Assembly (NCBI GenBank): GCA_963676565.1 | Contig: OY781089.1 | Coordinates: 1-64,000 of the forward strand | Reading direction: 5' to 3' | DNA: 64,000 nt | From: Halarcobacter sp. | GTDB taxonomy: Bacteria; Campylobacterota; Campylobacteria; Campylobacterales; Arcobacteraceae | Shown here: piece by piece, positions 40,039 to 49,963 of the stretch | How positions within the stretch are numbered: position 1 is the first letter of the stretch | How the letters are laid out: each line of letters begins with the position of its first letter | Notes under the pieces: model-generated | Told to the model about the DNA's origin: nothing | Seen by the model: the letters and a program-made list of their open reading frames with translations, nothing else | Database searches by the model: none | Position numbers and translations under genes: made by a program

Positions 40039-42136
40039 AAATTTAATTTCATTATTAGAAGAGAAAACTGCTCTTTCTACAAAAGTTATAAAGAATATAA
40101 TTAAGCTACTAGATGAGGGTTGCACTATCCCATTTATAGCTAGATATAGAAAAGAGTATACAGATGGTGCAACGGATGTTGAACTTAGAATATTTGAAGA
40201 GACATACAATTACTTCCAAAAGTTTCTACAAAGAAAAGAAGAGATAACAAATATACTAAAAGAGAAAAACTTTTTAAATGAAAAAATAGAAAAAAATCTA
40301 AATGAAGCTATAACCTTACAGGCTTTAGAAGATATATATACTCCATTTAAAGATAAAAAATCTTCAAGAACAAGTAATGCAATAGAAAATGGACTTGAAC
40401 CATTAGCAAATATTATTCAATGTATGAAATACTCTATTGAAGAAGTAGAATCTAAGGCAAAACAATTTTTAAATAAAAATATAAAAAGTATTGATGAAGC
40501 AATAAATGGTGCAAAGGATATTATAGCTCAAAGATATGCAGATGATTTTAAATCCAAAGAGATTATTAGAAACTTAATTTCAAACTGGGGAAGTTTAGAT
40601 ATAAAAGAGGGAAAACAATTTGATAAAAGTGGACTTTATTCCTCTTTTGCAAATACAAAAGAGAAACTAAAATATATAAAATCACATAGGGCTTTGGCAA
40701 TTTTAAGAGCAGATAATGAGAAACAACTAAGTATTAAAATTGATATTGATGAAAATCACATCTTAGAAAATATAAAAAAATATAAAATTCCTAATCATGG
40801 TAGTAGTTCAAAGAATTTAGTATTTGATGCATATAAAGATGGATTAAAAAGACTTTTACTACCAAGTTTAAAACGTGAAGCACTAGCAAATTTAAAAGAA
40901 AAAGCAAGTAATGAAGCAATAGAACTATTTGGTAAAAACCTAAAAGAATTACTTTTAACTGCCCCATTGGTTAATCATGTAATTTTAGGTATGGATCCAG
41001 GATATAAAACAGGTTGTAAACTTGCAGTAATTGATGAAAATGGAAACTTCTTAGATAGTGCAGTTATCTATCCAACAAAGCCAAAAGAAGATATTACAAG
41101 TTCAACAAAAACTGTTTTAAATTTAATTAAAAAACATAAAATATCTTCAATTGCCATTGGAAATGGTACTGCTTCTAGAGAAACTGCAAGCTTTATAAAT
41201 AATCTAATAAAAGAACAAAACTTAGATATAAATTATGCAATTGTAAGTGAAATTGGTGCAAGTGTTTATTCAGCATCTAAAATAGCACAAGAGGAGTATC
41301 CAAACCTTGATGTTACAATTAGAGGTGCCATCTCAATAGCTGGACGTCTTAGAGATCCAATGGCAGCCTTAGTTAAAATTGACCCAAAATCACTTGGTAT
41401 TGGACAGTATCAACATGACGTAAATCAAAAAGATTTAGCACTAAAACTTGAAAATATTACAGTTGACCTTGTAAATAAAGTTGGTGTAGATTTAAACTCT
41501 TCTTCATACAAACTTCTTTCCTTTGTTTCAGGAATTAGTGAAAAGCTAGCAAAAAATATTGTTGAACATAGAACAAAAATCAAAAGATTTACTTCAAAAA
41601 AACAATTACTTGAGGTAAAAGGTATTGGAGCAAAAGCATATGAACAAGCAGTAGGATTTTTAAGAATTAAAGATGGTAAATCTATACTTGATAATACAGG
41701 AATTCACCCAGAGGACTACACATTTACCTCAATTTTACAAAAAAACTACAAACTTGAAGAGATAAAAGATTTTGAAGAAGTAGCAAGTAATTTAAATATT
41801 AGTATTTTAAAAATAAAAGATATAATCCAAGAACTTTTAAAACCTGGCTTTGATGTAAGAGAAGAATTTAATCAAGTAAAATTTTCAAATGACATATTAA
41901 ATATTGAAGATTTAAAAGAGGGGTTTACTTTAAGTGGAATAGTAAGAAACATCACAGACTTTGGTGCTTTTATAGATATAGGACTTAAAAATGACGCCCT
42001 ACTTCATATTTCACAAATTAGTTCAAAAAGAATCTCACATCCAAGTGAAGTTTTAAGTATTAATCAAAATTTAGAAAATATAAAAGTTTTAAATGTAGAT
42101 TTAGAGAAACAAAGAGTTGCTCTTAGCTTGAAATAA
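40031..42136 (+). CDS. tex: Tex-family RNA-binding transcription accessory protein
   Basis: TIPFIARYRKE, GMDPGYKTGCK, GNGTASRET, GASVYSAS, GIGQYQHD, C-terminal S1 domain (FGAFIDIG). Confidence 0.92.
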   Translation: MTKNLISLLEEKTALSTKVIKNIIKLLDEGCTIPFIARYRKEYTDGATDVELRIFEETYNYFQKFLQRKEEITNILKEKNFLNEKIEKNLNEAITLQALEDIYTPFKDKKSSRTSNAIENGLEPLANIIQCMKYSIEEVESKAKQFLNKNIKSIDEAINGAKDIIAQRYADDFKSKEIIRNLISNWGSLDIKEGKQFDKSGLYSSFANTKEKLKYIKSHRALAILRADNEKQLSIKIDIDENHILENIKKYKIPNHGSSSKNLVFDAYKDGLKRLLLPSLKREALANLKEKASNEAIELFGKNLKELLLTAPLVNHVILGMDPGYKTGCKLAVIDENGNFLDSAVIYPTKPKEDITSSTKTVLNLIKKHKISSIAIGNGTASRETASFINNLIKEQNLDINYAIVSEIGASVYSASKIAQEEYPNLDVTIRGAISIAGRLRDPMAALVKIDPKSLGIGQYQHDVNQKDLALKLENITVDLVNKVGVDLNSSSYKLLSFVSGISEKLAKNIVEHRTKIKRFTSKKQLLEVKGIGAKAYEQAVGFLRIKDGKSILDNTGIHPEDYTFTSILQKNYKLEEIKDFEEVASNLNISILKIKDIIQELLKPGFDVREEFNQVKFSNDILNIEDLKEGFTLSGIVRNITDFGAFIDIGLKNDALLHISQISSKRISHPSEVLSINQNLENIKVLNVDLEKQRVALSLK

Positions 42137-42140
42137 GTAT

Positions 42141-42170
42141 TAAAAACTAGAAGAGTTCTTCTAGTTTTTA
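42141..42170. terminator. Bidirectional terminator between tex and ridA
   Basis: TAAAAACTAGAAGA-GT-TCTTCTAGTTTTTA. Confidence 0.7.
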
Positions 42171-42544
42171 AATGCAATTGCATCTACTTCAACTAAAACA
42201 TTTTTAGGTAAAGTTTTAACTGCTACAGTTGCTCTTGCAGGCGCTGTTTCACCATTAAAGTATTCTGCGTATACTTCATTAAATGCAGCAAAATTATCCA
42301 TATCAGATAGATAACAAGTTGTTTTTAATACATTTTCAAAAGAACTTCCACCCTCTTCTAAAACTGCTTTTAAATTTTCCATAACTTGTTTCGATTGAAC
42401 TTTAATATCACCTTCAATTAATTCCATTGTTTCGGCAATTAATGGAATTTGACCAGATAAAAATAATAAATCACCAAAGGCAGTTCCTTGATTATATGGA
42501 CCAATTGCTGATGGTGCTTTTGATGTTGAAATGATTGTTTTCAT
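42161..42544 (-). CDS. ridA: RidA-family reactive intermediate/imine deaminase
   Basis: APSAIGPY, SGQIP, F..FNEVY, PARATV.V..LPK.VLVEV. Confidence 0.9.
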   Translation of the reverse strand: MKTIISTSKAPSAIGPYNQGTAFGDLLFLSGQIPLIAETMELIEGDIKVQSKQVMENLKAVLEEGGSSFENVLKTTCYLSDMDNFAAFNEVYAEYFNGETAPARATVAVKTLPKNVLVEVDAIAFKN

Positions 42545-42559
42545 TTATATCCTTTAAAA

Positions 42560-43393
42560 TTAAATTACATAATCAATATTAAGTGGTAATTCTATAAAAA
42601 ACTTAGCTCCATGCTCAGTATTTTTAACAAAAAGTTCTCCACCTAATTTATTAACTACAATATCATAGCTAGAATATAATCCTATCCCCGTACTATGTTC
42701 ATAAGCTTTTGTTGTAAAATACGAATCAAAGATTTTATCCATGATTTTTTCTTCTATTCCGCCAGCATTATCTTCTATTGTAATTTGAAGAGAATACTCT
42801 TTTTTTATTAACTCATACTTAATCCACTTATCTTTAATTTGATTTTCCAATAAGGCATCTTTTGCATTAGTTAAAATTGAGATAAGAACTTGTAGTAATT
42901 CCCCTAAAATCAATTTAAAAGGGATTTTTTCTTTCTCAATAAAGCCTTCAATTATTTTAATATTGTGTAAAGAAAAAGATGATTCAATTAAACTAATTGC
43001 CATCTTTAGTCTATCTTGAATAATAATCTCTTTTTTCTTATTTGTAAATTCTATATAATCTCTAAATTCATCTATTGTTTTAGAAAGATAAACTGAACTT
43101 TCAAGGATTGAATCTGAATAATTTAAAAAATCTTTATCATCTAAAACACCCATCTCTTTTTTCAGTTTCATTCCACTTGCAGCTGTAGAAATCACACATA
43201 AAGGTTTTCTCCATTGGTGGGCAATATTACCAATTAGTTCTCCCATTTGAGACATCTTGATTTGTTCAAATATTTTTTTTTCTTTTTGTGAATTTTGTTG
43301 TTTTATTAGATTGATTTCTTCTTTTAGCTCTTTTACTATTAGCTCTAATTTCTTATTTTTTGTTTCTAATTCATATAATTTATCGTCTAAGAT
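42560..43393 (-). CDS. Sensorless cytoplasmic histidine kinase (coiled coil, HisKA, HATPase); start codon uncertain
   Basis: AHQWRKPL, TNAKDA, EDNAGG, TGIGL; the frame stays open 51 codons upstream of ATG 43255 with a coiled coil and a GGGAG at 43400-43404. Confidence 0.7.
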   Translation of the reverse strand: MLDDKLYELETKNKKLELIVKELKEEINLIKQQNSQKEKKIFEQIKMSQMGELIGNIAHQWRKPLCVISTAASGMKLKKEMGVLDDKDFLNYSDSILESSVYLSKTIDEFRDYIEFTNKKKEIIIQDRLKMAISLIESSFSLHNIKIIEGFIEKEKIPFKLILGELLQVLISILTNAKDALLENQIKDKWIKYELIKKEYSLQITIEDNAGGIEEKIMDKIFDSYFTTKAYEHSTGIGLYSSYDIVVNKLGGELFVKNTEHGAKFFIELPLNIDYVI

Positions 43394-43501
43394 ATTAAAC
43401 TCCCGGCTTTATATTCGCGATAGAATATTATTAAATATATTAAACTTTAAGTTGTTAGAAAAATTAATTTTTTCATTAAAGGTAATTATTACTTTTTATT
43501 A

Positions 43502-44257
43502 TTATAAATATAACTCAATGTTCTTTTTAAAGTTTTTTAAGAACTCTGGTTCATTGAGAGTTAAGCCCTTTTTACTGATTGCAACTCTTACAATATTTCT
43601 TGAAAACTCAGGCATTGAGTCATCGTTTAAGTACTTGTTTACATCAATCCATTTTGCTTCTTCAATCTCATGTGTATCTTGAATATTAATATCAAGACTT
43701 AATGGTTTTGCTAAACAAGCTATATATAAATTTGATTTGTGGAATTGATGGGGGTATAAATGACTTATCGAAAGTACAGATTTAAACTCAATATTTACAC
43801 CAGTTTCCTCAAAGACTTCTCTAATACAAGCATGAGAAATCATCTCTTTATTGTCTATATGACCACCTGGAAGTTTAAATACCTTAGAATAGATTTTTTC
43901 TTTAATTACTAAAAGTTCATTTTTTTCATTTATAACAACTGCTCCAACACCCAAGGTATGATTTGCAGCTGTTGGAATAATAGCATTTTCTTTTAATCTT
44001 TTTACAACTAATATGTAGTTTTCATCACAAGAGTGAAAGAAAAAACCATTTTTAGTTGCAATTGGTATAAAATCTGATTTTGAAATATCAATATAAATCC
44101 AAATCAAATTTCTTTTTTCTTTTACTTTTTTTATTAATAAAGCTAAATTTTCTTCAAATACTACATTTGAATTTGGTAATGATTCTATCTCAATTGTTAT
44201 TCCATTATATGGGTCTAAAATAGTTTTAAAACATCCTATAATTTCAACTGATTCCAA
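43502..44257 (-). CDS. Nudix hydrolase with N-terminal extension (NUDT6/plant Nudix-like)
   Basis: Nudix box GGHIDNKEMISHACIREVFEETG; GF.FH.C and ANHTLGVGAVV. Confidence 0.85.
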   Translation of the reverse strand: MESVEIIGCFKTILDPYNGITIEIESLPNSNVVFEENLALLIKKVKEKRNLIWIYIDISKSDFIPIATKNGFFFHSCDENYILVVKRLKENAIIPTAANHTLGVGAVVINEKNELLVIKEKIYSKVFKLPGGHIDNKEMISHACIREVFEETGVNIEFKSVLSISHLYPHQFHKSNLYIACLAKPLSLDINIQDTHEIEEAKWIDVNKYLNDDSMPEFSRNIVRVAISKKGLTLNEPEFLKNFKKNIELYL

Positions 44258-44267
44258 AACATTGGCC

Positions 44268-44885
44268 TTATTTAATTAAATCAACTAAAGAATAAGCTAT
44301 AAAAAGCATAAATATTCCTATTGTCATATCAAGAATTTTCCATGTTATAGGTTTTTTAAATAAAGGTATTAAAACCCTTGCCCCAAAACCTAAAGTTGAA
44401 AACCAAATTGCTGAAGCACTAACAGCACCTAAAAGAAAATATAACTTCATACTCGATTCAATATTAGCACCAATTCCACCAATTAAAAGAACTGTATCAA
44501 GATATGTGTGTGGGTTTAAATAGGTAAACACAAAAAGCATTGTAAGTACTTCTTTAATAGGATTAGTTTTAACATTATCATCTATTTGCAATGACTCGTT
44601 TTTAAAAGCACTTTTAAAAGATTTTAAAGCATAGAAGCATAAAAAAACAATCCCAAAAATCGCAATACTGTTTATAAAAATTTGTTTCCCTTGAATGAAA
44701 AATCCAAGGCCTAATACACCTGCACTTACAAGTAAAAAATCTGAAAAGGTACAAAATAAAACTGCTTTTAAAACATGCTGTCTTAAAAGTCCTAGTTTTA
44801 GGACATAAGCATTTTGAGCTCCAATTGCAACTATTAAAGAAAATGTTACAATAAAACCTTTTATTAAAATATCTATTTCACTCAT
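44268..44885 (-). CDS. LysE/ArgO-family amino acid exporter
   Basis: SLIVAIGAQNAYVL..GL, TYLNPHTYLDTV. Confidence 0.9.
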   Translation of the reverse strand: MSEIDILIKGFIVTFSLIVAIGAQNAYVLKLGLLRQHVLKAVLFCTFSDFLLVSAGVLGLGFFIQGKQIFINSIAIFGIVFLCFYALKSFKSAFKNESLQIDDNVKTNPIKEVLTMLFVFTYLNPHTYLDTVLLIGGIGANIESSMKLYFLLGAVSASAIWFSTLGFGARVLIPLFKKPITWKILDMTIGIFMLFIAYSLVDLIK

Positions 44886-45502
44886 AGATAACTTTTTCCT
44901 AAATGAACAACCCCTGAGATTATAAATTGCACAGCAATAGCTCCAACAATAAGTCCCATAAGTTTTGTAATAATATTTTGCCCTGTTAATCCTAAATATT
45001 TTTTAATATAAATTGAGTTTTTCAAAATTAGATAAAACAATAAAGCATTAACACAAAAAGCAAGAACGATTGATAAAACATCTAAAAAAGTTTGAGCTTG
45101 GTGTTTAAAGATGATAATTGTGGTAAAAAGTCCCGTACCAAAAGCAATTGGAATACCTATTGGAATTACTGCTAACTCCTCATCATTTTTACCCTCTTCC
45201 TCTTTCTTTGCTTCACTAGTTCCACCAACCATAGATATAGCCATTAAAAGTAAAATTATTCCACCCATCACTTTTAATGAGTCTTCACCTATACCAAATA
45301 GTTTTAAGATAAAATCCCCTGAAATTAAAACAACAATAAAAGCAATTAAAATAGTAAATGTAGATTTTTTTGCAATTGTAGAGATTTGACTTTTTGTAAT
45401 ATTTGTAGATAACAGAGATAGTGCAATAGCACTAACTCCTATTGGGTCCATAATAGCAAAAAAAGTAATAGTTTGTTGAAGAAAATCTTGAATAAGTTCC
45501 AA
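44882..45502 (-). CDS. MarC-family membrane protein
   Basis: FAIMDPIG, ILKLFGI..GGIILL, AVIPIGIP, TKLMGLI. Confidence 0.88.
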   Translation of the reverse strand: MELIQDFLQQTITFFAIMDPIGVSAIALSLLSTNITKSQISTIAKKSTFTILIAFIVVLISGDFILKLFGIGEDSLKVMGGIILLLMAISMVGGTSEAKKEEEGKNDEELAVIPIGIPIAFGTGLFTTIIIFKHQAQTFLDVLSIVLAFCVNALLFYLILKNSIYIKKYLGLTGQNIITKLMGLIVGAIAVQFIISGVVHLGKSYL

Positions 45503-46474
45503 TTAACTCATTCCACCTTTTGCTGCCATTCTTTTTTCTAATCTGTGTCCTATGAAACTCATTGTTGAAGTTATTATTAAATAAACTAAAGCAATAACAA
45601 TCCAAGTTTCAAATGGAGAAAAGGTATTTGCAACAATCTCTTTACCTACTTTTGTTAAATCAGTAATTGATATAACAGATACTAAAGATGAATCTTTCAC
45701 AAGGGCTATCATCTCACCCACAAGTGTAGGTAATGCTCTTTTAAAAGCTTGTGGTAAAATAATATATCTCATTGCTTGAAATTTTGATATTCCAAGTGAA
45801 TTTGCAGCTTCAAGTTGTCCTTTATCAATAGATTGAATTGCACCTCTTAAAATCTCTGCCATATAAGCACCAAAGAAAATTCCAAGAGCTAAAACCCCTG
45901 CTACGAATCTTTCTAACTCAAAGATATTAGCAACAATAAAATAGAATAAAAAGATTTGTACAAGTAAGGGAGTTCCCCTAATTATAGTTATATATACAGT
46001 AGCAATATCTTTTAAAAACTGATAAGAAGATAACTTCATAAGTGCAACAATAATACCAATAAAAAAAGTTAAAATTGCAGCAAAAAACGATATTTTAAGA
46101 GTAACCCAAAGACCATTTAAAACAGGACCTGCTTTATTTTTTGAACTAACGGCTAAATAATCGCCTTCATAAACATTTTCCCCAACAGTATAATCAAACT
46201 TTGCTTCACTGTTAAGTCCTTCTATTTTTACTTTCTCATCAGCTTTTACAACATAATAAACACCATTTTCTTCGATAAACTTTCCATCTACTGGTGCTTC
46301 ATAAGTTTTTGTTTCTGTATATACAAAGTACTCAGGAATAGAATTCCATTTCCAAACATAATTCATATTAGCCGCAGCTATATATAATGAATATCCTACT
46401 ATTATATAAAAAGCTAGAGCAATTAAATGCCCTAGATTTTTATTTTGTGCTAAACTTTGATGTTTTTTACTCAT
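45503..46474 (-). CDS. Polar amino acid ABC transporter permease
   Basis: RGTPLLVQ, AYMAEILRG, GQLEAA EAA loop, KDSSLVS. Confidence 0.92.
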   Translation of the reverse strand: MSKKHQSLAQNKNLGHLIALAFYIIVGYSLYIAAANMNYVWKWNSIPEYFVYTETKTYEAPVDGKFIEENGVYYVVKADEKVKIEGLNSEAKFDYTVGENVYEGDYLAVSSKNKAGPVLNGLWVTLKISFFAAILTFFIGIIVALMKLSSYQFLKDIATVYITIIRGTPLLVQIFLFYFIVANIFELERFVAGVLALGIFFGAYMAEILRGAIQSIDKGQLEAANSLGISKFQAMRYIILPQAFKRALPTLVGEMIALVKDSSLVSVISITDLTKVGKEIVANTFSPFETWIVIALVYLIITSTMSFIGHRLEKRMAAKGGMS

Positions 46475-46477
46475 AAA

Positions 46478-47293
46478 CTATTGAACTCTTTTTAACCAGT
46501 CAGTATCAACTAACCATTTTTTATATAATTCATCTGTAAATCCAAGAACTTTGTCTTCTTGCACTTGTCTTAAAAAGTTATTTAACCAATTTAAGAAATC
46601 AGGATCACCTTTTCTTATTGCCCATGCAAGAGGTTCATAAGTTAAAGGTTTATCTAAATGAACTAATTTACCTTTACCTTTATCAGACATAAATAAAACA
46701 TTATATGGTTGATCATAAATAAAAGCATCAGCTTTACCATTTAATACTTCAGCAGCAGCATCAGCTTCAGTTTCAAAAGTTACAAGTTTCGCATTAACAA
46801 AGAATTTTTTAGCAGCAACTTCAGCAGAAGTTCCTAACTTTGTAGTAATAGTATACTCTTTTGTATCTAATTGTTTTGCATCAGTAATTTTACCCTCTAA
46901 AGCTTTATTCATAAGCATAGTTTGACCAACAACAACATATGGCTCAGCAAAATTAACTTTTAAGTTTCTTTGTTGAGTAACTGTCATACCTGACATAATA
47001 ATATCGCATTTTCCAGTAACTAAAGCAGCAATAATTCCATCCCAAGCTGTTGGAAGTAATTTTAATTTAACTCCCATTTCTTTAGCCATTTTTTTAGCAA
47101 AGTCAACATCGTAACCAATAATTCTACCTTTTTTATCTTTCATCTCAAAAGGCATATATCCTGGTTCTAAACAAACTTGAAGTTCACCCCTTTGCAGAAC
47201 CTGATTTAGTGTAGACTTTTTCCATAAGTTTATATCATCACCAAATAAGTTTGTTGTTACAAACACCATAAGCGCCAAAATTAAATTTTTCAT
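46478..47293 (-). CDS. Polar amino acid ABC transporter substrate-binding protein
   Basis: PGYMPFE, GYDVD, SGMTVTQQR family-3 motifs. Confidence 0.92.
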   Translation of the reverse strand: MKNLILALMVFVTTNLFGDDINLWKKSTLNQVLQRGELQVCLEPGYMPFEMKDKKGRIIGYDVDFAKKMAKEMGVKLKLLPTAWDGIIAALVTGKCDIIMSGMTVTQQRNLKVNFAEPYVVVGQTMLMNKALEGKITDAKQLDTKEYTITTKLGTSAEVAAKKFFVNAKLVTFETEADAAAEVLNGKADAFIYDQPYNVLFMSDKGKGKLVHLDKPLTYEPLAWAIRKGDPDFLNWLNNFLRQVQEDKVLGFTDELYKKWLVDTDWLKRVQ

Positions 47294-47320
47294 GTATACT
47301 CCTTTAATATTAAGATTGGT

Positions 47321-48142
47321 TTACTGAATATTCTTTAACCATCTAGTATCAACAAACCATTTTTCATATAATCTTCCATGTAAATCAAGAACCTTATCTT
47401 CTTTAATTTGTCTAAGAAAATTATTTAACCAGTTTAAAAAATCAGGATCACCTTTTCTAATACCAAAAGCTAATGGCTCATAAGTTAAAGGAGTGTCTAA
47501 ATGAATAAGTTTCCCTTTCCCTTTGCTATCCATAAACATAGAATTATATGGTTGATCATTTATAAAAGCGGCTGCTCTACCATTTAAAACTTCCGCAACA
47601 GCCTCTGCTTCTGTTTCAAATGTTATAACTTTTGCTTTTTTAAAAAACTTTCTTGCAACAATTTCACCTGTTTGACCAAGTTTTGCAGTAATAGTATATC
47701 TACTATTATCCAATTCTTTTGCATTTTTAACTTCATTCATTAAAGAATTATTTAATAATACTGTTTGCCCTACAACAATATAAGGATCAGAAAAATTAAT
47801 CTTTAAATTTCTTTGCTGAGTTACTGTCATTCCTGAAATGATAATATCAAACTTACTTGTAATTAAACCTGCAATAATTCCATCAAAAGCTGTTGGAACT
47901 ATTTCAAGTTCTACTCCCATAGCTTTTGCCATTGCCTTTGCAATATCAACATCATAACCTATAAGTCTACCTTTTTTATCTTTCATCTCAAAAGGCATAT
48001 AACCAGGTTCTAAACCAACTTTTAAAACTTTCTTTTCTAAAATACTATTTAGAGTAGATTTTCTCCATAAATTGATATCATCAGCAAATAAACTATTTAC
48101 TGATACCATTAATACTAAAGTTAACAAAAACTTTTTAAACAT
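47321..48142 (-). CDS. Polar amino acid ABC transporter substrate-binding protein (paralog)
   Basis: Same motifs; tandem paralog of 46478..47293. Confidence 0.92.
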   Translation of the reverse strand: MFKKFLLTLVLMVSVNSLFADDINLWRKSTLNSILEKKVLKVGLEPGYMPFEMKDKKGRLIGYDVDIAKAMAKAMGVELEIVPTAFDGIIAGLITSKFDIIISGMTVTQQRNLKINFSDPYIVVGQTVLLNNSLMNEVKNAKELDNSRYTITAKLGQTGEIVARKFFKKAKVITFETEAEAVAEVLNGRAAAFINDQPYNSMFMDSKGKGKLIHLDTPLTYEPLAFGIRKGDPDFLNWLNNFLRQIKEDKVLDLHGRLYEKWFVDTRWLKNIQ

Positions 48143-48166
48143 TCTTCTTCCTTCTTTTGTTTTTTG

Positions 48167-48907
48167 TTAATGAGTTAATATTTCATTCAAAAAGTTTTTA
48201 GCTCTGTCAGATTTTGGATTTTCAAAAAACTCTTTTGGGGTATTTTCCTCAACAATTACACCATGATCCATAAATACAATTCTGTCCCCTACTTCTTTTG
48301 CAAATCCCATTTCATGGGTTACACAAACAATAGTGAAATTTTCTTTTGCTAAGTCTTTCATTACAGAAAGTACATCTCCGATTGTTTCTGGATCAAGAGC
48401 AGATGTTGGTTCATCAAAAAGGATAATTTTAGGTTTCATAGCAAGACTTCTTGCAATAGCTACTCTTTGTTTTTGTCCCCCTGATAAATCAGCGGGATAT
48501 GAATTTGCTTTATCTTCAAGCTTTACTTTTTTAAGTAGTTCCATTGCTATTTTTTTAACATCATCACTTTTAGAGTTTTTTACAAGTGTTGGAGCTAATG
48601 TAATATTTTCTAATATTGTTAAGTGAGGAAATAGATTAAAATGTTGGAAAACCATTCCAACTTCACCTCTTATTTCTTGAAGATTTTTTTTACTTGCATG
48701 AATATCTATATTGTCAACTATAATTTGACCATTATCAATATCTTCAAGTCCATTAATACATCTAATCAGTGTTGATTTACCAGAACCTGAAGGCCCACAA
48801 ACCACAACAATCTCACCTTTTTTTACATAAAAATTTACATTTTTAAGAACATGGAAGTCATCAAAATACTTATTGATGGTATCCATTGAAATAATATTAT
48901 TACTCAT
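48167..48907 (-). CDS. Polar amino acid ABC transporter ATP-binding protein (GlnQ-like)
   Basis: [36 protein letters not shown]. Confidence 0.94.
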   Translation of the reverse strand: MSNNIISMDTINKYFDDFHVLKNVNFYVKKGEIVVVCGPSGSGKSTLIRCINGLEDIDNGQIIVDNIDIHASKKNLQEIRGEVGMVFQHFNLFPHLTILENITLAPTLVKNSKSDDVKKIAMELLKKVKLEDKANSYPADLSGGQKQRVAIARSLAMKPKIILFDEPTSALDPETIGDVLSVMKDLAKENFTIVCVTHEMGFAKEVGDRIVFMDHGVIVEENTPKEFFENPKSDRAKNFLNEILTH

Positions 48908-49054
48908 TTACATCTCTTTTTTTAGTCTAAAGCTATTATAGTATAATAAAATGATTTAAAGTTATATATAATGTGTGATAAATATACAATTTATATGCAA
49001 CTTATAGTTTATTAGTGTATAATCCCTTTTTTTATTTTAGGGAGAATAATTTTG

Positions 49055-49930
49055 ATGAAAAAAAAATTATTAGAATTTCGTGCAGATTTTCTTTTATTAA
49101 CTGTTGCTATTGCTTGGGGTGTAACTTTTTTAATGGTACAAGATGCTATTAAAACTGTTCCTGTTTATGCTTTTTTATTTTACAGATTTTCACTTGCTAC
49201 AATTTTAATGGGAATAATTGCCTTTAAATTTTTTAAATCAATAAATAAAGAAACAGTTCTTTTTGGGATTATTTTAGGATTTTTTTTATTTGGAGGTTTT
49301 GCTACTCAAACCTTTGGTTTAGCCTACACAAAAAGTTCCATTGTTGCTTTTTTAACTGGACTTAATGTAATTATTGTTCCTTTTATTGCCTATGTTATAT
49401 TTAAACAACATGTAAGACCTATGGTTTTCCTAGGTTCTTTATTAGCAGTTGGCGGATTATACTTATTAACTATGAGTGGTGAATTAAGCCTTGGTTTTGG
49501 TGAAGCTTTAAGTTTAATATGTGCTGCATTTTTTGCCTTACAAATTGCCTATACTGATATTTTTTCAAAAAAAGTAAATGTCTTTTTATTAGTTTTCTTC
49601 CAGTTTTTAACTGTGTCAATTCTTTCTTTACTTTTTTCACTGTTTGTTGATGATGTTACTTTTAATGTTGGATTAGATTATACGTTTTTAAAAGCATTAA
49701 TAATCACTGCAATATTTGCAACTGTTTATGCTTTTTTAGTTCAAACATATATGCAACAATTTACTACACCAACTAAAACTGCAATTATTTTCACCATGGA
49801 ACCTGTAAGTGCAGGATTTTTTGGATATTTCATTGGTAATGAATTATTAACAATAACACAAATTTTTGGTGCGACACTAATCATCTTTGCTGTTTTATTA
49901 GCAGAAATAAAATTTTCAAGAAGTAAATAA
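49055..49930 (+). CDS. EamA/DMT-family transporter
   Basis: AWGVTF, QTFGL.YT, AIIFTMEPV; ten TM segments. Confidence 0.88.
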   Translation: MKKKLLEFRADFLLLTVAIAWGVTFLMVQDAIKTVPVYAFLFYRFSLATILMGIIAFKFFKSINKETVLFGIILGFFLFGGFATQTFGLAYTKSSIVAFLTGLNVIIVPFIAYVIFKQHVRPMVFLGSLLAVGGLYLLTMSGELSLGFGEALSLICAAFFALQIAYTDIFSKKVNVFLLVFFQFLTVSILSLLFSLFVDDVTFNVGLDYTFLKALIITAIFATVYAFLVQTYMQQFTTPTKTAIIFTMEPVSAGFFGYFIGNELLTITQIFGATLIIFAVLLAEIKFSRSK

Positions 49931-49959
49931 ACTAAAATAGATCTCTCTATTTTAGTTTA
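49928..49959. terminator. Bidirectional terminator
   Basis: TAAACTAAAATAGA-TCTC-TCTATTTTAGTTTA. Confidence 0.65.
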
Positions 49960-49963
49960 AACT

